Part shown: piece by piece, positions 17,388 to 28,231 of the stretch
Position numbering within the stretch: the stretch's first letter is position 1
Layout of the letters: each line of letters starts with the position of its first letter
Assembly (NCBI GenBank): GCA_938049225.1
Contig: CALICM010000045.1
Span: forward strand, 33,114 to 97,113
DNA: 64,000 bases
Direction of reading: 5' to 3'
DNA from: an uncultured Rhodobacteraceae bacterium
Lineage (GTDB): Bacteria; Pseudomonadota; Alphaproteobacteria; Rhodobacterales; Rhodobacteraceae
The notes under the pieces: model-generated
The model's input: only the letters and a program-made list of their open reading frames with translations
What the model was told of the DNA's origin: nothing
Database searches by the model: none
Position numbers and translations under genes: made by a program

Positions 17388-19022
17388 ATGCCAGAAACCC
17401 GTTTCGCGTCTTCCCATCTTGACGAGACTCTGCGGCGGGACGCAAGTCGTAGCCTGACCCCCGAACAGCAAGAGTTGTTGCGCCCCTTTGGGACTATTAG
17501 GACCTACGATGCTAACACCTTTCTATTCCGCGCCGGTGACGAGAGCTATGGCTTCCACCTGGTGCTTGAGGGCGAGGTCGCAATCCTCGACCAATCCGAG
17601 GACGGGGAACTCTTGATCAATATGCTCACCGAAAATGCCTTTCTGGGTGAGCTGGGGTTGCTTAGCGGTCAACGCCCTTTCCTGTCTTGCCGGGCTGAGT
17701 TGCCAACCAAAACGCTCGAACTGACAGCCGAGGCACTGCACGAGGTTATCAATCAGATCTCCGAGATCGGCGACATTATCGTCGCGGCCTTCGCTGCCCG
17801 CCGTGAAAGCCTGATGGCCACCGCCAGTTCCAATGTGACCATCCTGGGCCCCGAGGCCAGCCGCGATGTCACCCGTGCGCGTGAGTTCGTCTCGCGCAAC
17901 CGCATTCCACACCAGTACCTCGACACGCATCAGCCCGACGGGGCTGCCTTTGCCAACCGCCTCGGCCTGGACCTCGGGACCCTGAATGTGGTGATGCGCG
18001 GGACTGAGGTCGTGGCCCGCCCCGACAACCCCGGTATCGCCTATGCTCTGGGCATGGCTTTGGACGTGGCCGATGGCACGCAAGTTGATCTGACCGTCAT
18101 AGGGGCGGGGCCTGGCGGTTTGGCGGCGGCGGTTTATGGGGCATCCGAGGGGCTGGACACCGTAGTGGTCGAGAACACCGCCATCGGCGGTCAGGCGGGC
18201 ACGTCCAGCAAGATCGAGAATTACATGGGCTTTCCCACCGGTATCTCGGGCCGCGATCTGGCCTATCGTGGGGCGGTTCAGTCGGTCAAATTCGGCGCCC
18301 GTTTTGCCGCCCCTCGCACGGCGCGTAAGCTGGAGGTGACCGACAACGGCTACCGGATCGTGCTGTGCAACGGCAACGATATCTGCACCAAATCCATCGT
18401 CATCGCCTCGGGCGTCCAATATCGCCGCCTGCCGCTGGAAGGGCTGGAAAGCTTCGAAGGGGCTGGTATCTACTACGCCGCGACCGACCTGGAAGCGCGG
18501 TTTTGCAAGAATACCGAAGCGGTTATTGTTGGTGGCGGCAACTCGGCTGGTCAGGCCGCCATGTACCTTAGCCGCCACGCGAAACACGTTCACGTTGTGA
18601 TCCGCAGCGGCGGGCTTGCGGCCAGCATGTCCGACTATCTGCTGCACCGTTTGGAAAATGATCCGCGCATCACCATCCACACCCAAAGCCAAGTCACAGC
18701 CCTGCATGGCACCGACGCCCTGTCGGCCATCACCCTGACCACCAAGGGCACCGACCAACGGATCGACACGCGCGCCCTGTTTATCATGATCGGCGCCGCC
18801 CCTTTCACGGAATGGCTGGGCGACCGTGTCAGCCTGGATAATCGCGGCTTCATCCAAACGGGCGAGGCTGTCGGCGGCCGCAGCCCCTACGAAACCTCAA
18901 GCCCTGGCATCTTCGCCATCGGCGATGTCCGCGCGGGATCTGTGAAACGCGTCGCCTCGGCGGTGGGCGAAGGCTCGGTCGTTGTTTCGGCGGTTCATGC
19001 GCATATTTCCGATAATACCTAA
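17388..19022 (+). CDS. Cyclic-nucleotide-binding domain fused to a thioredoxin-reductase-like FAD/NAD(P) oxidoreductase
   Basis: ATG at 17388. cNMP-binding-like N-terminus (FLFRAGDESYGFHLVLEGEVAI ... FLGELGLLSG). TrxR-like part: VIGAGPGGLAAAVYGASEG, VVGGGNSAGQAAMYL, GIFAIGDVR. Confidence 0.85.
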   Translation: MPETRFASSHLDETLRRDASRSLTPEQQELLRPFGTIRTYDANTFLFRAGDESYGFHLVLEGEVAILDQSEDGELLINMLTENAFLGELGLLSGQRPFLSCRAELPTKTLELTAEALHEVINQISEIGDIIVAAFAARRESLMATASSNVTILGPEASRDVTRAREFVSRNRIPHQYLDTHQPDGAAFANRLGLDLGTLNVVMRGTEVVARPDNPGIAYALGMALDVADGTQVDLTVIGAGPGGLAAAVYGASEGLDTVVVENTAIGGQAGTSSKIENYMGFPTGISGRDLAYRGAVQSVKFGARFAAPRTARKLEVTDNGYRIVLCNGNDICTKSIVIASGVQYRRLPLEGLESFEGAGIYYAATDLEARFCKNTEAVIVGGGNSAGQAAMYLSRHAKHVHVVIRSGGLAASMSDYLLHRLENDPRITIHTQSQVTALHGTDALSAITLTTKGTDQRIDTRALFIMIGAAPFTEWLGDRVSLDNRGFIQTGEAVGGRSPYETSSPGIFAIGDVRAGSVKRVASAVGEGSVVVSAVHAHISDNT

Positions 19023-19397
19023 GTGCTTCGCGCCCTCAACATACTGCTTCTTACGGGTCTTCTCGCTTATGGTGCCTGGCTGCTCTACGGCGACGAACTA
19101 ACCCCGGCTGATCGCAAGATCCTGTTTGTAGGAAACTCTTTTACCTTTGGCGGGAACATCCCTCTTCAGGTCAAGATACTTGCGGCACAGGCCCACACGC
19201 CCGTGACCTACCACACCCGCATGATCGCAAAGCCTGCTTACGCCTTGCGCCAGCATATCCACGAGGGGGCGATCCTGAACGAATTGCGTTCAGGTGTTTG
19301 GGATGTGGTGATTGCGCGCATGATGCGCAGTATCGCGGCGCAACTTGCATGGCCTGTTTCACGACCAATCACAGAAGATGTCAGATCAAACCAATAG
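19023..19397 (+). CDS. SGNH/GDSL-hydrolase-like protein, probably truncated
   Basis: N-terminal TM/signal segment, block I-like ILFVGNSFTFGGN. Similarity to the family ends after WDVVIA. Only 124 aa. Confidence 0.4.
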   Translation: MLRALNILLLTGLLAYGAWLLYGDELTPADRKILFVGNSFTFGGNIPLQVKILAAQAHTPVTYHTRMIAKPAYALRQHIHEGAILNELRSGVWDVVIARMMRSIAAQLAWPVSRPITEDVRSNQ

Positions 19398-19413
19398 GTG
19401 TCAGCAAAAAGCC

Positions 19414-19656
19414 TCAGCAAGGTCCATCTTGCACAGGGTATCGTGCGCCCACTCTCTGATCCGGTGCCGTATGATGGATGATGGACAAAACTCTGTTTGC
19501 GCCCAGATCCGAGGCTTGCGGGTTCGCTTCGGCCACCACCATCGTTGACATCAGTCGCGCCGAGGTTTTTGCGTCACTCACCGGATAGGGCACGATCATG
19601 CCCGTCATCACCGCGACAACGGCGATTGTTCTATAGGTTCCAGGTACTCTGGCCAT
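19414..19656 (-). CDS. Hypothetical small protein (80 aa)
   Basis: ATG 6 nt after GGAG. Hydrophobic N-terminus. No family recognised. Confidence 0.3.
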   Translation of the reverse strand: MARVPGTYRTIAVVAVMTGMIVPYPVSDAKTSARLMSTMVVAEANPQASDLGANRVLSIIHHTAPDQRVGARYPVQDGPC

Positions 19657-19939
19657 CGTTAACTCCGTCTTACAAACTTTCGACTGCCCTGCGGGAACTG
19701 AACAAGGCACAGGTCAGGCATTAAGTGCGTTATCTCTCAAAGAGTTGTGGTCCAATCATGGCCAGGGATGGGGGATTGATTGACAAGACCTTGGCGGGTG
19801 ATGCCGCACCTGTGGTTAATGCCTGCGCTTCAGACCCCCATCCGCCTGTTTTTACTGCCCTGGGTGTCTTGGAACCGATCCGGCAGCAACAAAGGTGCAT
19901 ATAAAGCGATTTAATCCCCATCTGAGCCCCTCGTGAGCG

Positions 19940-19968
19940 CTTGCAGCACCCCCTTCCCACTCCTATAT
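19940..19968 (+). promoter_or_regulatory. Putative RpoH (sigma32)-type heat-shock promoter of dnaK
   Basis: CTTG-18 nt-CCTATAT about 100 nt upstream of dnaK. Resembles the alphaproteobacterial sigma32 consensus CTTG-N17/18-CYTATNT. Confidence 0.5.
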
Positions 19969-20066
19969 ACCCCCCGAACCGTCGCGTCGGCGGCGCACAC
20001 CTATGGGATGAGGATGGGGGCCGATACCGGACCCGGCCTCGTAATCGCCAAATGAAGAGGTAAAAA

Positions 20067-21986
<1,920 letters not shown>

Positions 21987-22001
21987 CCCAAAGGCCTTGA
22001 A

Positions 22002-22033
22002 TAACCGGTCCGTCCCCCGGGGCGGGCCGGTTA
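22002..22033 (+). other. Stem-loop between dnaK and dnaJ (attenuator/processing-type hairpin)
   Basis: TAACCGGTCCG ... CGGGCCGGTTA, an 11-bp stem with one mismatch. Confidence 0.5.
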
Positions 22034-22058
22034 TGCCGTTTTAAGAAAGGCATCTTTG

Positions 22059-23210
22059 ATGGCCAAAGCAGATTACTACGACCTGCTGGGTGTGGGCAAA
22101 AACGCCAGCGCGGACGAGCTGAAAAAAGCTTATCGCAACAAGGCAAAGGCGCTGCACCCTGATCGGAACTCTGATAACCCCAACGCCGAAGAGCAGTTCA
22201 AGGCGGTGAACGAGGCTTACGACGTTCTCAAAGATGCCGACAAAAAGGCGGCCTATGATCGATTTGGCCACGCCGCTTTCGAGGGCGGCAACGGCGCCAG
22301 CGCCGGCCAGCGCGGCGGTTTCCAAGGCGGCGGCGACTTCGCCTCGGCCTTCTCTGATGTTTTCGATGATCTTTTCGGCAATTTCGCGGGTGGTCAGCGG
22401 GGCGGCGGCCAGCAACGCGCCCGGCGCGGCTCGGACCTGCGGTATAATCTGCGCGTGAACCTGGAAGATGCCTATCGCGGCAAACAGACCACGCTAACTG
22501 TCCCAACCTCGGTCGGGTGCGAGACCTGCTCGGGCACCGGGGCTGAGGGCGGCGCTGAACCCTCGACCTGCCCGACCTGTTCAGGCATGGGTAAGGTCCG
22601 CGCGCAACAAGGGTTTTTCACCGTCGAACGCACCTGCCCGACCTGTTCGGGCCGGGGTCAGATCATCAAGAACCCCTGCAAAACCTGCGGCGGCGCAGGC
22701 CGTGTCGAGAAAGAGCGCAGCCTTAGCGTTAACATCCCACCCGGCGTCGAAACCGGCACCCGCATCCGCCTCGCGGGCGAGGGCGAGGCGGGTCTGCGTG
22801 GGGGGCCGCCGGGCGATCTCTATATTTTCATTGAGGTGGCTGACCACCAGATATTCGAACGCGATGGCGCAAATCTCTACTGTCGCATCCCGGTGTCCCT
22901 GACCACTGCCGCTTTGGGCGGCGAGATCGAAGCGCCCACCATCGACGGCGGCCGCAGCCGGGTCAAAGTTCCCGCAGGCGTGCAATCGGGCAAACAACTG
23001 CGCCTGCGCGCCAAGGGCATGCCCGCCCTGCGCGGCGCTAATTTCGGTGATCTCTACATCGAACTCGCGGTTGAAACCCCGGTCAACCTGACCCAGAAAC
23101 AAAAGGACCTTCTGAAAGACTTCGAGGCCGCCGGTGGCAACAACAGCCCCGATACCCAAGACTTCTTCTCCAAGGTCAAAACCTTTTGGGACGGTGTCAA
23201 AGGCGCGTGA
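22059..23210 (+). CDS. dnaJ: Molecular chaperone DnaJ
   Basis: J domain (DYYDLLGV ... HPD), G/F region, four CxxCxGxG zinc motifs. Confidence 0.97.
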   Translation: MAKADYYDLLGVGKNASADELKKAYRNKAKALHPDRNSDNPNAEEQFKAVNEAYDVLKDADKKAAYDRFGHAAFEGGNGASAGQRGGFQGGGDFASAFSDVFDDLFGNFAGGQRGGGQQRARRGSDLRYNLRVNLEDAYRGKQTTLTVPTSVGCETCSGTGAEGGAEPSTCPTCSGMGKVRAQQGFFTVERTCPTCSGRGQIIKNPCKTCGGAGRVEKERSLSVNIPPGVETGTRIRLAGEGEAGLRGGPPGDLYIFIEVADHQIFERDGANLYCRIPVSLTTAALGGEIEAPTIDGGRSRVKVPAGVQSGKQLRLRAKGMPALRGANFGDLYIELAVETPVNLTQKQKDLLKDFEAAGGNNSPDTQDFFSKVKTFWDGVKGA

Positions 23211-23281
23211 ATATGGTTTCAGGAGCGCAACTAAGCGATGTGCACCTGACTTCCCGTTATTCCGAAAGAACCCGCAGGGGA

Positions 23282-23455
23282 TTACCCGCGCCGCAGCAAC
23301 GCTTCCCCCCGCGCCGCTGCCCGGCGTCGTTTGACCCAAGTATATAGTCGCATCCGTTCGTGTGGTTCGTTGTGGGCATGCGGCCCCCGAAACAGCCGAC
23401 GTTCCCTGATTTCGCCCTTGGTCCCACGCAGCTTTTTCACTTCGACCTGGTTCAT
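23282..23455 (-). CDS. Hypothetical small, very basic protein (57 aa)
   Basis: ATG 5 nt after a strong SD AGGAGGGG. Preceded by an AT-rich island (23520..23600). Confidence 0.5.
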   Translation of the reverse strand: MNQVEVKKLRGTKGEIRERRLFRGPHAHNEPHERMRLYTWVKRRRAAARGEALLRRG

Positions 23456-23601
23456 TCCATCCCCTCCTGTTGAGCCCAAACGGGGCCGTTGGAACACACG
23501 GATTCGACAGATTGGTAGCTTACCACAAATCCACTTTAAATGCCTGTTGGCTTCATATAAATTTATGATTATTTCATAATATCAGCTAGTTAAGTGGGAT
23601 C

Positions 23602-24774
23602 TTACGCAGAAATCCCAGCATATGCCGCTGCTGCCCGCCCCGCATGAAACCCAGTGGCCAGACAGGTCGTGATTAGGTATCCGCCCGTCGGTGCGTCCCA
23701 GTCCAGCATCTCCCCCGCACAGAAAACGCCTGGGCGATGCCTCAGCATCAGATCTTTGTTCACGTCGTCCAGCCGGACGCCGCCGACCGTGGAAATTGCC
23801 TCGTCCAATGCTTGCGGCCCCTGGGTCAGCAGGTTGACCCGCTTGATGCGAGTCGCCAAGTCTTCGGCCCGCTCAGGCAAGGCACCGCCCTCGCGCAAGA
23901 GTGCCGCTTTGACCCCTGTCAGCCGCAGCGTTTTGCGCAAATGGTTCGCCAAGCTGGCCTTTCCCTGTGGCCGCTTTAGCCGGGTTATCACCTCGTCCAG
24001 CGAAAGATCCGGCAATAAATCGATCTCCACCATGCCGCCAGACCGCAGTTCACTGGAAATCCCATAAATCGCCCCACCCTCTACCCCGGATTTCGAGATC
24101 ACAAACTCCCCCAAAAACGACTGTTTCCCGGCCGAGACCCGAACCCCCTTTACCGGTGTCCCAATGTGTCGCGCCATTGGTTCGCTCCAAGGCACCTTGA
24201 GGCCGACGTTCGATGGCTCGAAAGGTGCGGTGCCCTCAAGGATCCCGGCCCAGTTCCCATCTGAGCCCAACCTGGCCCAGCTCGCCCCGCCCAGCGCCAA
24301 GACGGCCGCATCAGCCTGGACTAACTGAGGCCCGTCGGGCGCGTCAAACCGAAGCGCACGGCCCTGCCACCCGACCCACCGCCAGCGGGTCCGCATTGAA
24401 ACGCCCGCCCCAGATAGCCTTGATATCCAAGCCCGCAGCAGGGGCGATGCCTTCATCGCGCGGGGAAAAACCCGCCCGGAACTGCCCGTGAAAACCGGCT
24501 GATCCAGTGCTTCGGCCCAGGTTTTAACATGATCCGGACCGAAGGCAGACAGGGCTGGATCAAGCACCGCGCTGCCGTTTACATGACCCCAAAAACCCTC
24601 GAGTGGCTCATCTTTGGTCAGGTTCAGGCCAGACTTCCCGGCCATCAGGAACTTCCGGCCCAAGGTCGGCATTTGATCGGCCACCAGAACCGTCGCGCCA
24701 GCGCTCTGGGCGGCCTCGGCGGCGGCAAGTCCTGCGGGACCGCCACCGATCACACAAATGTCCACGGTTTTCAT
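23602..24774 (-). CDS. HI0933/BaiN-like NAD(P)/FAD-dependent flavoprotein (TIGR03862-like)
   Basis: ATG at 24774. MKTVDICVIGGGPAGLAAAEAA dinucleotide fold; LMAGKSGLNLT. Confidence 0.85.
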   Translation of the reverse strand: MKTVDICVIGGGPAGLAAAEAAQSAGATVLVADQMPTLGRKFLMAGKSGLNLTKDEPLEGFWGHVNGSAVLDPALSAFGPDHVKTWAEALDQPVFTGSSGRVFPRAMKASPLLRAWISRLSGAGVSMRTRWRWVGWQGRALRFDAPDGPQLVQADAAVLALGGASWARLGSDGNWAGILEGTAPFEPSNVGLKVPWSEPMARHIGTPVKGVRVSAGKQSFLGEFVISKSGVEGGAIYGISSELRSGGMVEIDLLPDLSLDEVITRLKRPQGKASLANHLRKTLRLTGVKAALLREGGALPERAEDLATRIKRVNLLTQGPQALDEAISTVGGVRLDDVNKDLMLRHRPGVFCAGEMLDWDAPTGGYLITTCLATGFHAGRAAAAYAGISA

Positions 24775-24879
24775 GGGAAACAGCCCTATCAGGTGTTGAC
24801 GGGGTCCCACCAGAATTACCTAGACCGCGACTGGGCGGCGCACTAGGTTTTCGAAACGGCGTATAAGGAGAGGCAGACC

Positions 24880-25434
24880 ATGCCCGATCGGGAGCTTCAG
24901 GACATCGGCGAGGACAACTCGCTGCTTTTGGTGGACGATGACGAGCCATTTTTGCGACGGCTGGCTCGGGCGATGGAAAAACGTGGGTTCGAGCCGACGG
25001 CGGTCCTTTCGGTGGCCGAGGGCAAGGCGGTGGCTGCCACCCGGCCCCCCGCCTATGCCGTGGTGGATCTGCGATTGGAAGACGGGAACGGGTTGGATGT
25101 GGTCGAACTGCTGCGCGAAACGCGGCCCGACAGCCGGGTCGTGGTGCTGACCGGTTACGGGGCAATTGCGACGGCCGTGGCCGCGGTCAAGATCGGGGCC
25201 ACGGACTACATGTCGAAGCCAGCGGACGCGAATGATATCACGCAGGCGCTGCTGGCGACGGGCGAAGACAAGCCGCCGCCGCCGGAAAACCCTATGTCAG
25301 CGGATCGGGTGCGATGGGAGCATATTCAGCGCGTGTTTGAGTTGTGCGACCGGAATGTCAGCGAGACAGCCCGGCGGTTGAACATGCATCGCCGGACCTT
25401 GCAGCGGATCCTCGCGAAACGTTCGCCACGCTGA
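24880..25434 (+). CDS. regA: Redox response regulator RegA/PrrA/ActR
   Basis: Receiver domain (LLLVDDD ... VVDLRL). Near-invariant RegA HTH tail NVSETARRLNMHRRTLQRILAKRSPR. Confidence 0.9.
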   Translation: MPDRELQDIGEDNSLLLVDDDEPFLRRLARAMEKRGFEPTAVLSVAEGKAVAATRPPAYAVVDLRLEDGNGLDVVELLRETRPDSRVVVLTGYGAIATAVAAVKIGATDYMSKPADANDITQALLATGEDKPPPPENPMSADRVRWEHIQRVFELCDRNVSETARRLNMHRRTLQRILAKRSPR

Positions 25435-25471
25435 AAACCCACATAGCCGTCGGAAAACGTTAAGGCAGACC

Positions 25472-27130
25472 TTAGGACCGGATGGAGCGAGACAAACGGC
25501 CCCAGTCAGCATTGCCTTGGTCGATCCCCAGCGGTAAGACGCCACCTTTCCAGTTGGTGTTGAGCAGAGTCTCTGCCTCGCCCTGTGGGAGGGGTTTGGA
25601 AAAGAGATATCCCTGACCCTGATCGCAGTCGAGGCTTACTAAAAAACCCAGTTCGCCGGTGTTTTCGATCCCTTCTGCGGTTACGACCAGATCGAGCGAA
25701 GCTGCAAGTGATAGGATGCCCTGCACGATTTTTGCACTTTGGGGTTTTTTGGTCACCCCCGACACAAAGCTGCGATCAATCTTGAGTTTGTCAAAAGGCA
25801 ATTGATTCAAAGTCGCGAGGCTGGAGTACCCCGTTCCGAAGTCGTCCAAAGAGATCCGGACGCCCAGTCTGTGTAACAGAGTAAAGACCTGTTTGGCGTT
25901 CTGAATGTCCTTGATCACCGCGTTTTCGGTGATCTCGATTTCGAGCCGTGACCCATCAATCCCGGCCTCATCCAAGATGCGGCCGATCTTGCGCGCGAAA
26001 TCAGGATCTGAAAACTGATGCGGAGAGATGTTGAAGGCAATCGACAGATCCGGATCCCAACCGGCCAATATACGGCAAGAGCGGCGCAAAAGTTGCCAGG
26101 TCAGAACCCCCATCAAACCCGTTTCCTCGGCCAGAGGGATGAAACGGTCGGGTGGCACCAGCCCGTGCTTGGGGCTGATCCAGCGGGCCAAAACCTCGAA
26201 CCCCAGCAGTTTCCCATCAGCCAGGCAAATGATGGGCTGGAAATAAGGCTGGATTTCGCCCGCATCGATGGCGATGGCCAGGTCATTTTCGTATTGTGCT
26301 TGGATCCTGAGTTGCTCGCCCAACCCCTCGTTAAAGAACGAGGTGCGCGCCCGCCCCTCGGCTTTGGATTGGTGCATGGCCTGGCTGGCGTTTTTGACCA
26401 AAACGGCGCTGGTATCCCCTGGTTTCCACACCGCGACGCCCATGCTGCAGGATATTCGGGTCGATCCGCCGGGAAACTCAAACCCCGTTTCAAGGGCCGC
26501 CACGATACGCTGAACCAGCTTCGCGGCGGATCCGCCCCCTTTTGGTTCTTGCAACAGGATCGCGAATTCGTCCCCCCCAAAGCGCAGCGCGCATTGATCG
26601 GCGGCACAGCAGGTTGTGATCCGCCGGGCCACCTGTTGCAGAATAAAGTCGCCCGCCTGGTGACCCCGCAAATCGTTGACCGGGTTGAACCGGTCCAGAT
26701 TCAGCAAAACCAGCGCGGGGGCCAAGGACTGGTCCGTATCCGCCGCGATCAGCTGGTCGAGGTGTTCGAACAGATAACGGCGATTAGGCAAGCCGGTTAG
26801 CTGATCATGATATGACAGATGGCGGGCGATATCCTGGGCCTTGGCCGTCTCGCTGTTGTTACTGCGCATCTTTAGACCGGCCTGCAAAAGAAGCGCTGAA
26901 AGCGCGAACAGCGCAGCTAAAGTCAGGCCAAGAACGTGGCTTAGAACCGCGGGGTTGGCCAAGTGCAGATGTTGAACCGCGGCTGGCACGCTGACAATGA
27001 ATTGTGGCAGGGCATAAAGCGCCACGGACACCGCAACAATGGATAATGTTATCCGTTGTTGTTGTCTTGCGACCACCACCTTGACCCCTTTCGTTATGAT
27101 TTGGGCTTGGTAGCGCTTATGTCCTAACAC
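25472..27130 (-). CDS. Membrane-anchored GGDEF/EAL (diguanylate cyclase/phosphodiesterase) protein
   Basis: Two N-terminal TM segments; RFGGDEFAILL; EAL domain (EVLARW, DDFGTGYSSL, KIDRSF). GTG start. Confidence 0.9.
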   Translation of the reverse strand: MLGHKRYQAQIITKGVKVVVARQQQRITLSIVAVSVALYALPQFIVSVPAAVQHLHLANPAVLSHVLGLTLAALFALSALLLQAGLKMRSNNSETAKAQDIARHLSYHDQLTGLPNRRYLFEHLDQLIAADTDQSLAPALVLLNLDRFNPVNDLRGHQAGDFILQQVARRITTCCAADQCALRFGGDEFAILLQEPKGGGSAAKLVQRIVAALETGFEFPGGSTRISCSMGVAVWKPGDTSAVLVKNASQAMHQSKAEGRARTSFFNEGLGEQLRIQAQYENDLAIAIDAGEIQPYFQPIICLADGKLLGFEVLARWISPKHGLVPPDRFIPLAEETGLMGVLTWQLLRRSCRILAGWDPDLSIAFNISPHQFSDPDFARKIGRILDEAGIDGSRLEIEITENAVIKDIQNAKQVFTLLHRLGVRISLDDFGTGYSSLATLNQLPFDKLKIDRSFVSGVTKKPQSAKIVQGILSLAASLDLVVTAEGIENTGELGFLVSLDCDQGQGYLFSKPLPQGEAETLLNTNWKGGVLPLGIDQGNADWGRLSRSIRS

Positions 27131-27154
27131 TTTATTATGGTATTACTTCCTCAT

Positions 27155-28231
27155 TTAATCGCCGAATATCGGGTGGTCTGGTGGGCCCCAACCTTGGTAC
27201 ATTGGGTGGCTGTTGGGTAAGGGCAAATCGACCGGCTGACCACCGCGTGCCGAGGCGTAGATGGCCGTGATCAGTTCAAGCGCGTGCCGGGCGTCGGCTA
27301 GGGTCACAATCTGGGCGGGGGTTCCGCGTAAGTGGTCTGATATGGCTTGGAAAAACCCGATGTATCCGTCGGGTGGCGAGGGCGTCTTCGCCAGGACATT
27401 CTCGATTTGCGCTTGGGTCGTCGGCGCGCGTGCAGTGAAGGTCCAAGCAGCATTGGCGGGCGCATAAGGGTCGGTGCCGCTTGTTGCGGTCAGGCCCTCG
27501 AACACCAGGCGGATGCGGGTGGTGTCGGTGGCGGCGCCCAGCGTGACCGAACTGGTAACCAGCGCCCCATTGGCCATTTTCAAGGTAAGGGCGGCGCAAT
27601 CCTCAACATCGATTCGGTTGACGCCGGTGGCCAGCAGGGCGGTGACCTGAGCGACAGGCCCCAGCGCGTAAGTGAGCCAGTCGTGGATGTGAATGGCGTG
27701 GGTCAAGATAGCACCACCGTTCTCGCCCGCCCAGGTCCCGCGCCACGGCGTGGCGTAATAGGCGGCGTCACGGTTCCAGTGGGTTTCCAGCGTGGCCACA
27801 TGGGCTTTGCCGGTCAGGCCCGCGGCCTGCAGTGCTTTGAACTGGGTGGCGGCGGGGCCATAGCGGTATTGGAAAACCGGGAAGATCTGGCGGTTGGTTT
27901 GCTGGGAAAGCGTTTGCAGTTTGTCTGTTTCAGCGAGCGAGGGGACCAGGGGTTTCTCGCAAATGACATGTTTGCCAGCTTTGAGGGCCGCGGCGGTCGT
28001 GTCGAAGTGCAGATGCGGCGGCAGGCAGACGTCGATCAGATCGATGCCGGGGTCGGTGACGGTGGCGTCGAGGTCGGTGGTGTGGACGGTCTGCGCGGAC
28101 AGCAGGGGTGCTGCGCGAGTGGCGTCCAGGTCGCAGATGGTTTTGACCCGGAAGCGGTCAGGCAGGGCGCGATAGGCGGCCAGATGCTGCGCGCCGATGC
28201 CCGCCCCGAGAATGGCGACGGTCAGGGTCAT
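27155..28231 (-). CDS. Gfo/Idh/MocA family oxidoreductase
   Basis: N-terminal Rossmann VAILGAGIGAQH, EKP motif (VICEKPL). Confidence 0.85.
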   Translation of the reverse strand: MTLTVAILGAGIGAQHLAAYRALPDRFRVKTICDLDATRAAPLLSAQTVHTTDLDATVTDPGIDLIDVCLPPHLHFDTTAAALKAGKHVICEKPLVPSLAETDKLQTLSQQTNRQIFPVFQYRYGPAATQFKALQAAGLTGKAHVATLETHWNRDAAYYATPWRGTWAGENGGAILTHAIHIHDWLTYALGPVAQVTALLATGVNRIDVEDCAALTLKMANGALVTSSVTLGAATDTTRIRLVFEGLTATSGTDPYAPANAAWTFTARAPTTQAQIENVLAKTPSPPDGYIGFFQAISDHLRGTPAQIVTLADARHALELITAIYASARGGQPVDLPLPNSHPMYQGWGPPDHPIFGD

